Below, piece by piece: positions 56,401 through 64,000 of a stretch of 64,000 bases of DNA. The position numbers and the translations under genes are program-made. This DNA is from Polyangiales bacterium (lineage in GTDB: Bacteria; Myxococcota_A; Polyangia; Polyangiales; Polyangiaceae). Numbering within the stretch: position 1 is the first letter of the stretch; every line of letters begins with the position of its first letter. The notes beneath the pieces are model-generated. The model made no database searches and was not told where the DNA came from. It was given only the letters and a program-made list of their open reading frames with translations. Location of the stretch: the NCBI GenBank assembly GCA_038230375.1, contig JBBRNJ010000041.1:11635-75634 (forward strand), in the 5' to 3' direction.

Positions 56401-57845
56401 ACTTCGAGGTGGGTAACACCTCCGCGATTGGACCGCGTCCCGTCGGCCCGCACTTCATGTGGCAGCTCACGACCGCGAACGAGGCGCTGCCGGAGCGCCT
56501 GACTTCCACATCGAAGTCCCGCGCGAGCAACCTCAAACAGTACCCCCTGTTCGCGGAGACCGTCGCCAAGCCCGCGATCACCACGCTCTTCTTCCAGGAC
56601 AATGCCGCTGCGCAACCGCGCGAGGTTGGCGTCGCGATCCTGCCCGGCGGCATGCCCACCTCCGCGCTGACCCCCGGGGAATGCCGGACCAAGGGCGGCG
56701 TGACCGCTACCACCCACACCGACTTCGGTGGGGCAAAAACCTATCCCCCACGCACCAAGGTCCGCAACTGGGGTGACGGCTGCACGCCTGGAGCCATCGG
56801 CGCTGGTGCCGTTCCGGGGCGCTCCGTCTCGCTCGTGCGCCTCGACACTGGAGAGATCATCCGCGTCTTCGCGCGCAAGTCCGGCGCGATCGCCCAGGAC
56901 CTGCCCAACATCATTCCGACGGCGGGCGCTGCCAACAAGGTAGTCAACGTCCCGCTCGACTCCCCCATGACAGGTACGCCCGTCGTCTATCCAAACGACG
57001 TGGGCGCCGTTGCGCAGCGGTTCTACATGGGCGACGCCGACGGAATGGTCTGGCGCTTCGACGTGTCCGACACCAACCCAGACAACTGGACTGGCCGCGT
57101 CTTCTACGACACACAAAACTCCGACGTGAACCCCAACGCGTCGATGCGCTCACTCGACGGTCAACCAATCATGTTGGAGCCCGTCGTCTCGCAAGACCAG
57201 AAGGGTCGCGCAGTGATCATCATTGCGACTGGCGATCAGGACGTGTTGAACCAACCCAAGAAGACCGATGTCACCAACCTGGTTCCGCCGGCGAACTACA
57301 TCGTATCGATCACGGACACTCCGGACGCCGGGTCAGTGGCCTCGGGTTACTCCATTGGCTATGTGAACTGGGTCTACGACTTTGGAGGTAACGCAGGCGA
57401 GCGCGTGACTGGACCCATCAGCGTATTCAACAACGGGGTCTACTTCGCGAGCTACTTCCCGCCAGCTGAGACCTTGGGAACGGCGTGTAACTCGGGAGCC
57501 GCGCGGATCTTCGGGTTCGATTTCACAGTGACGACCGGCACGAACAGCCCGACATTTCTCGGCGGGTTTCCCGTGGTTGCCAAGGACAACGGCGGTGCGA
57601 CAGTGAACTACGTTCCCGGCGTCGTCGTGCAAGCCGGGCTCCAGTGCGCGACGGTGGGCGGTGGAATGTCGTCGTTCGGCGCATACTCGTCTCTGTCATT
57701 CAGCTCGACGGCAGCACCGACATTCACTCTGTCGGCCATCAGCAACACCGGTACAGCGATCGGCGGCATCGGTGGGGCGAACATCCCGCCGATCCAGACT
57801 CCTACGACTGCCACGATCGACTCCTGGGCGGCGGTCGTCGAATGA
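53457..57845 (+). CDS. pilY1: PilY1/PilC-type pilus tip adhesin with vWA domain
   Basis: Signal peptide; LLIDRSGS and VLVSDG (vWA); GGILHSQPVV, DGLLHGYDA, ELFTLIP, YMGDADGMVWRFD, GERVTG (PilY1 propeller). Confidence 0.9.
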   Translation: MHLHRHHRIALSLALLGLAASMGLSSSPAEAQSSPAGGVLPPSPNVLLLIDRSGSMSRTVGGNVPNCTPGTDSNTLALPDGAGTINMDRWGQILQGLTGHVKPFYSCDTIDRTSARFKDEFSINNKPPPDADYIIPYNRPLSDGNAPTNTTTCAVTPGFLPGAVLGGGVIQGISVAPLAFANGWDGNTNDPIYAVPASKGSIVDRHWKNVSGITGAGYAASQPSTCTFSQYSDGQLDIARNFIRFSLMTSDSDPSNTVGDYGVSTGNIPWGDVTGGTGTKVDAAKPFDGQWSYLPQSTNIKYGPGPLPKAKLPSCATDTPDAVGVRHNSAPPWEGRHVPFPPVDGPDGANLEQIQRVLLATRPYGGSPLGGMMLDAADYLWRTDDYGPWAAAKSSTDDFVKAGCRKQYVVLVSDGASNQDLRPQCTGGGASNPNCAFPSPLETARTLYERISYGGYAGPIPGANGRVQTFVIGFGAKGSATPPVPEPGWWPYASCSAAVTGEGSSLQLNNNRCTPNRAAPPASVYPAGTMAEACCSLNDIAIAGDGGLAGNATPQGAFFVESEAEFSLAMGAILGKISASTTSRATPTFSSTYTSRDPTYLGGNANASFSTTLTPQPGGLWTADLSRKRNVCTGLGAPLNVGPVNANDDKFLNATLATTKRFTIVPVPVPNTGVYDPTVTFRPYDTTDADLLSSGGTAYSVGKEVLVPNTSAGSVTPGTLKADLFGVTGTSCGSINIGTVSPPITLPALTSPDACANAIFGFAATYTGAIAAIPANGKDYNLRCQGGGGAGIYNRFCNPIGGILHSQPVVAPPPQAFLADEGYRAFAKTYAGRPAVLYVETMDGLLHGYDATNDSAGGPFGNELFTLIPPAVIPTLSANFPTGAATLLDNSPVVKDVVWERARGEIGAGAANRWHTMLVAGQPGGYFAMEVSDPVVDVIAAGKEPGAGATYGPYKPSLDTGSLGASAYQPGPQVAGNTPQLDFEVGNTSAIGPRPVGPHFMWQLTTANEALPERLTSTSKSRASNLKQYPLFAETVAKPAITTLFFQDNAAAQPREVGVAILPGGMPTSALTPGECRTKGGVTATTHTDFGGAKTYPPRTKVRNWGDGCTPGAIGAGAVPGRSVSLVRLDTGEIIRVFARKSGAIAQDLPNIIPTAGAANKVVNVPLDSPMTGTPVVYPNDVGAVAQRFYMGDADGMVWRFDVSDTNPDNWTGRVFYDTQNSDVNPNASMRSLDGQPIMLEPVVSQDQKGRAVIIIATGDQDVLNQPKKTDVTNLVPPANYIVSITDTPDAGSVASGYSIGYVNWVYDFGGNAGERVTGPISVFNNGVYFASYFPPAETLGTACNSGAARIFGFDFTVTTGTNSPTFLGGFPVVAKDNGGATVNYVPGVVVQAGLQCATVGGGMSSFGAYSSLSFSSTAAPTFTLSAISNTGTAIGGIGGANIPPIQTPTTATIDSWAAVVE

Positions 57846-58393
57846 GAGGCCTGCGGAACCTGCTGGTTCGTTCGGGAACCGCATGCCTCATCGCCGCGAT
57901 GTCGGTCGCGCTCGCCGCGGGGTGCAAGAAGGCCCCCGCGGACGACGATATGAAGACGCAACCAGCAGCCAAGCCGAAGCCGGCAGTGCCGAAGGACTAT
58001 GCTGACAAGGGCTCACTCCCGCCGGGCACGGACAAGGCGTTCGCGTTGGTCCTACCTTTCGGATTCAACGTGCAGACACGGCTCGATCGCACCGCCGCCG
58101 CGATGGGTATGGCGCAGTCAAAGCAGGTGGTCAATTACATCAAGGAGCGCGTTCGCGACGGCAAGGTCATCGAGACCGACCCGGAGCGGGTTGTCTTCGA
58201 AGGTGTCCGCATCCCGGACGAGCCAGATCGCTACCTCCAGATCGTCGTGACCAACCGGAACGCGGCCACATTGATCACCGTGACGGACGTCACACCGGCC
58301 CCGGCGATTGCCCCGACTTCGCAGTCCGAGCGCTACAAGCAGGTGGGTCTCGCTCCGAATGGGCAGCTGCTGCACCCGCACACGATCGAATAG
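57842..58393 (+). CDS. Lipoprotein of unknown function
   Basis: ATGA overlap with pilY1; LAAGC lipobox. Confidence 0.75.
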   Translation: MRGLRNLLVRSGTACLIAAMSVALAAGCKKAPADDDMKTQPAAKPKPAVPKDYADKGSLPPGTDKAFALVLPFGFNVQTRLDRTAAAMGMAQSKQVVNYIKERVRDGKVIETDPERVVFEGVRIPDEPDRYLQIVVTNRNAATLITVTDVTPAPAIAPTSQSERYKQVGLAPNGQLLHPHTIE

Positions 58394-58426
58394 CGAGAGG
58401 GCATCGGGATCGAGTAGTAGACAGTC

Positions 58427-59590
58427 ATGGATCTGTCTCGAGCTCAAGGCCGTAGCTGGTGGGCCGCTGTGCTCCCATGGGCCTTTGCGCTCGTCGTGAG
58501 CGGCGCGACCGGGATCGCGTGCAGCGGGAACACGACCAAGGCCGCGCCTGCGTGCGACTCCCCTTCCCTGGCCATCGTCGCTGCGAGCGACTACTCGTCC
58601 AGCGAGATTGTCGTGCTGCGCGATGCGGATGCGCTGGGACCGCCCACGACCGGGGTCGATCTGGGCGGTGATCCTGTGCTCGCGGTGTCGCACGGGCGCT
58701 GCTTCTTCGTCGCACGCGACCACGACCTCCTGGTGGAGCTGGACCCGGCGTGCGGCGCGCCCATCCGCAAGATCACTACAGGCGACGGCGTCACCTCCGA
58801 CAATCCGCAAGACGTCGCCGTCTCGAACGACGGCAGCTTGTTCGTCCCCAAGTTCCGCACGGGCGACATGCTCGTGCTCCGTCCTACGGGCGCGCGCGAG
58901 TCGGTGCACCTTGGTTCGTTCGACCCCGACGGCAACTCACAGCCGAGCTCCGCTACGTCGATCACCACGAACGGCGTGGAGAAGATCTGGGTCACGCTCG
59001 AGCGCCTGGATGACAAGACGCTCCTGCCCTCGGGGCTCCCGTCCCTGGTGGTCCGCGTGGACCCGGCGAGCCTCGCCATCGACGGTCAGGTGACGCTCGC
59101 GGGCCAGGATCCGTTTGGCCTCGCTGTGCCGTTCGGCAACGCGCTCTTCTATGCGGAGCCCGGGCGCTTCGACAGCCTCGTGGAGATGAACGCAGGCGTG
59201 GAGCGACTGGATCCTGCGACCATGACGAGCACGCTGATCGTTCACGAGAAAGATCTGGGCGGTAGCGTCGCACAGGTGGCGGTCTCGGAGGGCTGCGCCG
59301 CTGCCATCGTCGCCGACTCCACCAAGGTGAACGCCACGTCGCTCGTGACGTTCGATCCAATCACGGGGAACATACACACAACGGCGGCTACCTCGCCGCT
59401 CAAGAGCGCCGGCTACGATCTGGAGGGCCTCGCCTTCACCGACGCCACGCTCTACGTGGGCGACCGCAGGCGCGCAGCGAGCGGCTATCCGATCCACGCC
59501 TTCACAGTGGGTGCAGACTGCACGCTTTCTGCTCGCCCGGACACGCTATTCTCGCCGCAGAAGCCCGTCGCCATCAGGAGCCCGCGTTGA
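58427..59590 (+). CDS. Beta-propeller (YncE-like) lipoprotein
   Basis: GIAC lipobox; NPQDVAVSNDGSLFV, LAGQDPFG, LYVGDR. Confidence 0.75.
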   Translation: MDLSRAQGRSWWAAVLPWAFALVVSGATGIACSGNTTKAAPACDSPSLAIVAASDYSSSEIVVLRDADALGPPTTGVDLGGDPVLAVSHGRCFFVARDHDLLVELDPACGAPIRKITTGDGVTSDNPQDVAVSNDGSLFVPKFRTGDMLVLRPTGARESVHLGSFDPDGNSQPSSATSITTNGVEKIWVTLERLDDKTLLPSGLPSLVVRVDPASLAIDGQVTLAGQDPFGLAVPFGNALFYAEPGRFDSLVEMNAGVERLDPATMTSTLIVHEKDLGGSVAQVAVSEGCAAAIVADSTKVNATSLVTFDPITGNIHTTAATSPLKSAGYDLEGLAFTDATLYVGDRRRAASGYPIHAFTVGADCTLSARPDTLFSPQKPVAIRSPR

Positions 59591-61239
59591 CGACGCCCGC
59601 GGCAGAGGCGGAGAAGGTGAGCAACGCGGCCCAGGAGAAAGCGGCAGAGACGCGCAGCGCCACTGCAGGAAGAGGCGGCGTCGCCATCCTGGGCGCGAAG
59701 GTCTACTTCATTGCGACCGGGTTCCTGCAGCAGCCACTGCTTCCCATGGCCATGGGGCTGTCGGGCTACGGCGCGCTGTCCCGCGTCCTTGCGATCGCGA
59801 ACGTGTTCAACAACGTGGTCATCTCTGCATCCACCCAGGGGATGAGCCGCGCGGTGGCGCAGAGCCGCGGTCGCGAGCAGGAGACGCTTCGCCGCCTCTT
59901 CCCTGCGCACGCAGCGCTCGCGCTGGTCTGCGCGGCGCTCCTCGCGGGGCTTGCGCCGCTCTTCGCGCGCTTCGAGGGGGCGCCCTACATAGAGACCCCG
60001 CTCTTCGTGATGGCGGGGCTCCTGGGCGTGTATGGCGTGTATGCGCCCCTCGTCGGCTTCCTGAACGGGAGCGGTCGCTTTGGCAAGCAGGCCGCGCTGG
60101 ACGTGACGGCTGCGACGCTGCGCACCATCTTGCTCGTCGGCTGCGGCTATCTCTTCATGCGTCGCGGAATGGCGGGCGCGCTGGGCGCAACGGTGGGCGC
60201 GTTGCTCGCGGCGCTCGCGGTGTTCACGCTGGCGTTCTCGTGGACGCGCGGACGAAAGGCGGCCGCGGTGGGCTTCGCCGACGCTGCGCACGCGCCGCTC
60301 ATATCGCCTCGCGCGTACGTGCTGCAGCTCCTGCCCATTGCGCTGTCGCAGCTGTTCACGAACGCGCTCATGCAGTCGGACCTCACGCTGCTGGGCCGCT
60401 TCCTCTCCAGCTCCGCGCATGCCCCGTGCCCGGACCCGTTCGCGACGGCCGCGATGTCCGCGTGCATCGCGAGCGCGGACAAGGCTGCGGACGAATGGGT
60501 CGCCGTGTATCGCGCGTGTCAGCTCTTTGCGTTCCTTCCATACCAGCTGCTCTTCAGCGTCACGCAAGTGCTCTTCCCCATGCTCGCCAAGGCGCGCGCG
60601 GGCGGTGACAGGACAGAGGTCGCGCGCCTCACCTCACGCGGGGCGCGGCTTGGCGTGGTGGTCGTGGGGTTGCCCGTGTCCGTCGTGCTCGCGCTGCCGT
60701 GGTCGTGCATCGCGTTCGCGTACGGCAAGGACGTGGCCACGCGGGGCGAGGAGACGCTGCGGGTACTCGCGCTCGGACAGATGGGGTTCGCTGTGCTGTC
60801 GCTCGCCGCCACCGTGCTCGTGAGTCTGGGCCGAGAGGTGCGCGCCATGCTGCTCACGCTCGCGGCCGTGCTGCTCGTGGGCGCCGCGTGTTTCCTGGTC
60901 GTACCGAGCCGCGCATTCGGCGAGGCGCAGCTGCATGTGACTGCGACCGCCGCGTCGATCGCGCTCGCGGCGGGCATGGTGGTCGCGTTCGCGCTGGTGG
61001 TGCGCGAGGCCGGCGCGTTCGTTCCTGCGGCCACGATGGTGCGCGTGGGCATCGCGGTCGCGTGCGCGTGGGGGCTGGGCCACGTGATGCCGCACGCGGG
61101 GCGGATACTGCTCGTGCCGCTCGCGGCAGTGGTCGTGCTGATCTACGTGGGAATCCTGGCGATCACGCGTGAGCTGGGTCGCGCCGACGCCACGTGGCTC
61201 ATGGGCCTGGCCCGCCGCCGAAAACCCGCCCAGCCCTAG
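59587..61239 (+). CDS. MOP-superfamily flippase (Wzx/MurJ/SpoVB-like)
   Basis: About 14 TM helices; GYGALS, GFLNGSGRF, SDLTLL, VLFPMLAKA, TVLVSLGR. Confidence 0.85.
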   Translation: MTTPAAEAEKVSNAAQEKAAETRSATAGRGGVAILGAKVYFIATGFLQQPLLPMAMGLSGYGALSRVLAIANVFNNVVISASTQGMSRAVAQSRGREQETLRRLFPAHAALALVCAALLAGLAPLFARFEGAPYIETPLFVMAGLLGVYGVYAPLVGFLNGSGRFGKQAALDVTAATLRTILLVGCGYLFMRRGMAGALGATVGALLAALAVFTLAFSWTRGRKAAAVGFADAAHAPLISPRAYVLQLLPIALSQLFTNALMQSDLTLLGRFLSSSAHAPCPDPFATAAMSACIASADKAADEWVAVYRACQLFAFLPYQLLFSVTQVLFPMLAKARAGGDRTEVARLTSRGARLGVVVVGLPVSVVLALPWSCIAFAYGKDVATRGEETLRVLALGQMGFAVLSLAATVLVSLGREVRAMLLTLAAVLLVGAACFLVVPSRAFGEAQLHVTATAASIALAAGMVVAFALVVREAGAFVPAATMVRVGIAVACAWGLGHVMPHAGRILLVPLAAVVVLIYVGILAITRELGRADATWLMGLARRRKPAQP

Positions 61240-62189
61240 TTGCGTTGCTGGATGAGCGGCGTGTTCGATGCGGGTGAGTGCTGGAGCTGCATCGTCGACA
61301 TCGGGTAGAGCGAGCTCGCGTAGTATCTGAAGTTGTCCACGCGACCGTGCGTGTAGAAGTTCGATTGGATTTCCTTGGGACCACCGATGAGCACGTCGTT
61401 CTGGTACTTGTGACTCGACATCTCGCCGGCGACCGTGATGAGCCCGACCGTAGGTGCCTCCGTCTTCGTGCCGTTCACGAAAATGGTGAGCAGGTGATAC
61501 GAACCGTCGTACACGATGTGGACGTCGTTCCACGCCTTGTTGTTCATGAGGCCAATGACCTCGACCGGCGCGGTGGTGTTGTCGGGCTTCCTGTTGAGGA
61601 ACGAGGCCCTGAGCTTCACGCCGATGATACTCGTGACCCCGCCGGTCGTGTGGACTGCGCAGTCCGAGATGCCGATCGAGTTCTCGGCAAAATGATACGG
61701 GTGCGCAATGTTCGATGGCCCGGGGTCGGCAAGACCATCGCTGAAGATGGTTCCGGTACAGCCGTCGGCGAAGACGTTCATCGTGAAGGTGAATCCTTCG
61801 CTGCGGAACTCGCTGCGCGGCTCGTGGAAGCGACCCACGTCGGTGGTGGCGCCGTTCGCGGCACCATCATGCCCTACTCCGAACGCATCGACCGGCGTGT
61901 TGCCATCGAAGGGGCTCAGGTCGCCGCGAGGGTGAAACTGGCCGCTGTCCTTGAAGTTGCCGTTGAACTTCCACTCGAACCGCGGTGTGTCGGCCGCCGT
62001 CAGATAGTGCTTCGCGCCAGGGCCCGGAGGCGTGCTCGTGCTGGTCGAGGGAGCTGGCGTTGGCGGCACACTCGTATGGGGAGGCGGAGGAGCGGGAACG
62101 CCAGCAGGCCCCGTGGCCCACGCAGCATTCATCGGAAGAACAGCGGCCGCGCAAACCAGGGCGGGAAGGTAGAGCGCTCGATTCGACAT
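61236..62189 (-). CDS. Secreted LamG/concanavalin A-like domain protein
   Basis: Signal peptide after AGGAGA; WKFNGNFKDSG, WNDVHIVYDG...IFVNG, LIGG...GRVDNFRYY. Confidence 0.75.
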   Translation of the reverse strand: MSNRALYLPALVCAAAVLPMNAAWATGPAGVPAPPPPHTSVPPTPAPSTSTSTPPGPGAKHYLTAADTPRFEWKFNGNFKDSGQFHPRGDLSPFDGNTPVDAFGVGHDGAANGATTDVGRFHEPRSEFRSEGFTFTMNVFADGCTGTIFSDGLADPGPSNIAHPYHFAENSIGISDCAVHTTGGVTSIIGVKLRASFLNRKPDNTTAPVEVIGLMNNKAWNDVHIVYDGSYHLLTIFVNGTKTEAPTVGLITVAGEMSSHKYQNDVLIGGPKEIQSNFYTHGRVDNFRYYASSLYPMSTMQLQHSPASNTPLIQQRN

Positions 62190-62470
62190 GGATTCTCTCC
62201 TAGCCGACGTGGGACGTAGACCGAAGAAAATGATTCAAAACGAAACATCCCGCTAGCTAAAAGTCCGCTCACGCCACTACCACTCGAGAATGACGTAGAA
62301 TTCTTCCCCGTGGAGGTAGTCATGGAGACCTTGGCTCCGTTCCACTTTGGCAATTCTTCCATCGCGAACCAGCACGTCACAATCGTACTTGGCTCGACAG
62401 CTTGGGCAGATGGCGACGGCATCCACCGATACGGCACGTTCCGACGGCTCACCCACTTGTGGGTCGCCCC

Positions 62471-63719
62471 CTGAGAGATCCCCTCGTTTGGCGGCCTGAA
62501 ACGCCGCTTTTCCCGTCCATGGGTTGAGGTGCATGTTAACGGCCTCCCATGCCGAAGCAGAAGGAGGCGGTGGTCGACGCGGCGTTGGTGCACGCGTTCG
62601 TGGAGGAGTTGTTCGCGGACGATCTGCATGCGCGGCGCGTGATGTCGCTCGCGAATGGCGTCGTGGGCGCAAGTTAGGCGGCGGCGCTCGGGGTGCACGC
62701 GATCGGGCACGGGCTGGCGGAGGTGGAGCACCTCAATCAGAAGCACGCGGTGAAACAGGTCGACCGGCTGCTCAGCAACAACGGTCTGAAGGTCGACGAG
62801 CTCCAGGCGCTGTGGGTGCCGTTCGTCATCTCGCAGTGGACAGAGATGGTGGTGGTGCTCGACTGGACGGACTTCGAGAAGGACGACCACGCGACGATCG
62901 CGCTCCACATGCTCACGACGCACGGCCGCGCCAGGCCGCTGCTCTGGAAGACGGTGCGGAAGTCGGAGATGCGCGGCCACCGAAACAAGCACGAGGATGC
63001 GCTGCTGCTGCGTCTTCGCGACATCGTGCCCACCGAGATGAAAGTGACGATCCTCGCGGACCGTGGATTCGGTGACCGCGAGCTGTACGTGGGCTTGGGC
63101 GACATCGGCTTCGACTTCGTGATTCGTTTTCGTGGAAGCATCCAGGTGACGAGCGGCGACGAGACGCGCCCGGCGGCGGAGTGGACTGGGCCGAACGGCC
63201 GCGCACGCTTGGTCGTCGACGCTCAGGTCACGAACGCGGAAACGCCGGTCGCTGCCGTGGTCTGCACGAAGGCAAAGGGAATGAAGGACACCTGCTGTCT
63301 TGCGAGCAGCCTTCGAAACACGTCGGCAGCGGACATCGTGAAGCTCTACTCCCGGCGCTTCACGATCGAAGAGAACTTCCGCGACACCAAGCACATCCGC
63401 TTTGGGCTTGGGCTTTCGGCGACGCGGACGTCGTCCACCGATCGCCGCGACCGCCTTCTTCTCATCGGCGCGCTCGCCCAGGCGCTCCTGACGTTGCTCG
63501 GGGCGGCTGGCGAGGCGACGGGCCAAGACAAGATGCTGAAGGCCAATACCTCGAAGAAGCGAACCTACTCCCTCTTTCGACAGGGGCTCTTCTGGTATCG
63601 ACTCTTGCCCGGCATGCGAGGGGACAGACTCACGATGCTCATGAACGAGTTCGGAAAACAGGTCCGCGATCATGCCGCGCTGCGAGCGATCCTCGGTGTC
63701 ATATGAGGGGATGGCTCAG
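62471..63719 (+). mobile_element. IS4-family, IS10-group insertion sequence (1249 bp)
   Basis: Inverted ends CTGAGAGATCCCCTC / CTGAGCCATCCCCTC (13 of 15 identical); 9-bp direct repeat GGTCGCCCC at 62462-62470 and 63720-63728. Confidence 0.93.
62549..63706 (+). pseudogene. IS4-family DDE transposase with an in-frame TAG at codon 43
   Basis: MPKQKEAVV...GVVGAS*AAALGVHAIG; VLDWTD, LADRGF, YSRRFTIEENFRDTK (YREK motif); TAG at 62675-62677. Confidence 0.85.
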
Positions 63720-64000
63720 GGTCGCCCCAAACGATATCGGATCCGACAGCATACTCGTGGAGTCGAAGATTGCCGTATTTGAATTGGACCTCGCCCGTCC
63801 CGCGCCAACCGCACTCAACACAGTCCAGCTCTGTCGTTATCGAATTATACATTCTTCCGCTTCAGTAGGATTCAACGGCCAAGCCTAGCGCCCCAGCACC
63901 GAGACGATGCGACGGTCATTGTCGAGCACTCCTTGGGTTCTCTCCATTTGGCAATATTGCGCAACTCAACGCGGCTGCTGCGCCTGCTGCACGAACGTGA

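Larger units (their letters stand above)
62277..63852 (-). pseudogene. Small zinc-ribbon protein gene (105 aa when reconstructed) disrupted by an IS
   Basis: Removing the IS and one TSD copy gives MYNSITTELDCVECGWRGTGEVQFKYGNLRLHEYAVGSDIVWGDPQVGEPSERAVSVDAVAICPSCRAKYDCDVLVRDGRIAKVERSQGLHDYLHGEEFYVILEW* in frame. Confidence 0.88.

Noticed and set aside
63853..64000. Possible toxin gene end upstream of the disrupted zinc-ribbon gene
   Set aside because: No frame gives a recognisable protein in the short stretch available.

Overview
High-GC window that looks myxobacterial (Polyangiales/Labilithrix-like), judged from AgmX/PglI-type C-terminal domains, zinc-ribbon/TPR proteins, FHA-GGDEF, a Ser/Thr kinase and many lipoproteins. 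Housekeeping genes: gcvT, gcvH, mutS, rsmA, uvrA, dksA-like, an RNase HII-like gene and a MoxR/DUF58 operon. Accessory content: two tandem giant FecR-VIT-vWA-AgmX-TPR genes (the second broken by one in-frame TGA), a putatively sigma54-driven type IV minor pilin/PilY1 cassette, a c-type-lysozyme-like lipoprotein, and an IS10-group element with a 9-bp target duplication splitting a small zinc-ribbon gene. The best candidate for an undescribed system is the tightly coupled run gcvT-gcvH-kinase/macrodomain-MNIO(DUF692)-lipoprotein. In it, the MNIO neighbour carries a chryseobasin-type CPGCGMG motif internally, fused to an AgmX/PglI (TonB-C-like) domain, which suggests an MNIO-modified envelope protein rather than a short RiPP precursor. 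No rRNA, tRNA or CRISPR array was seen. All family assignments come from motif recognition by eye, not database searches.
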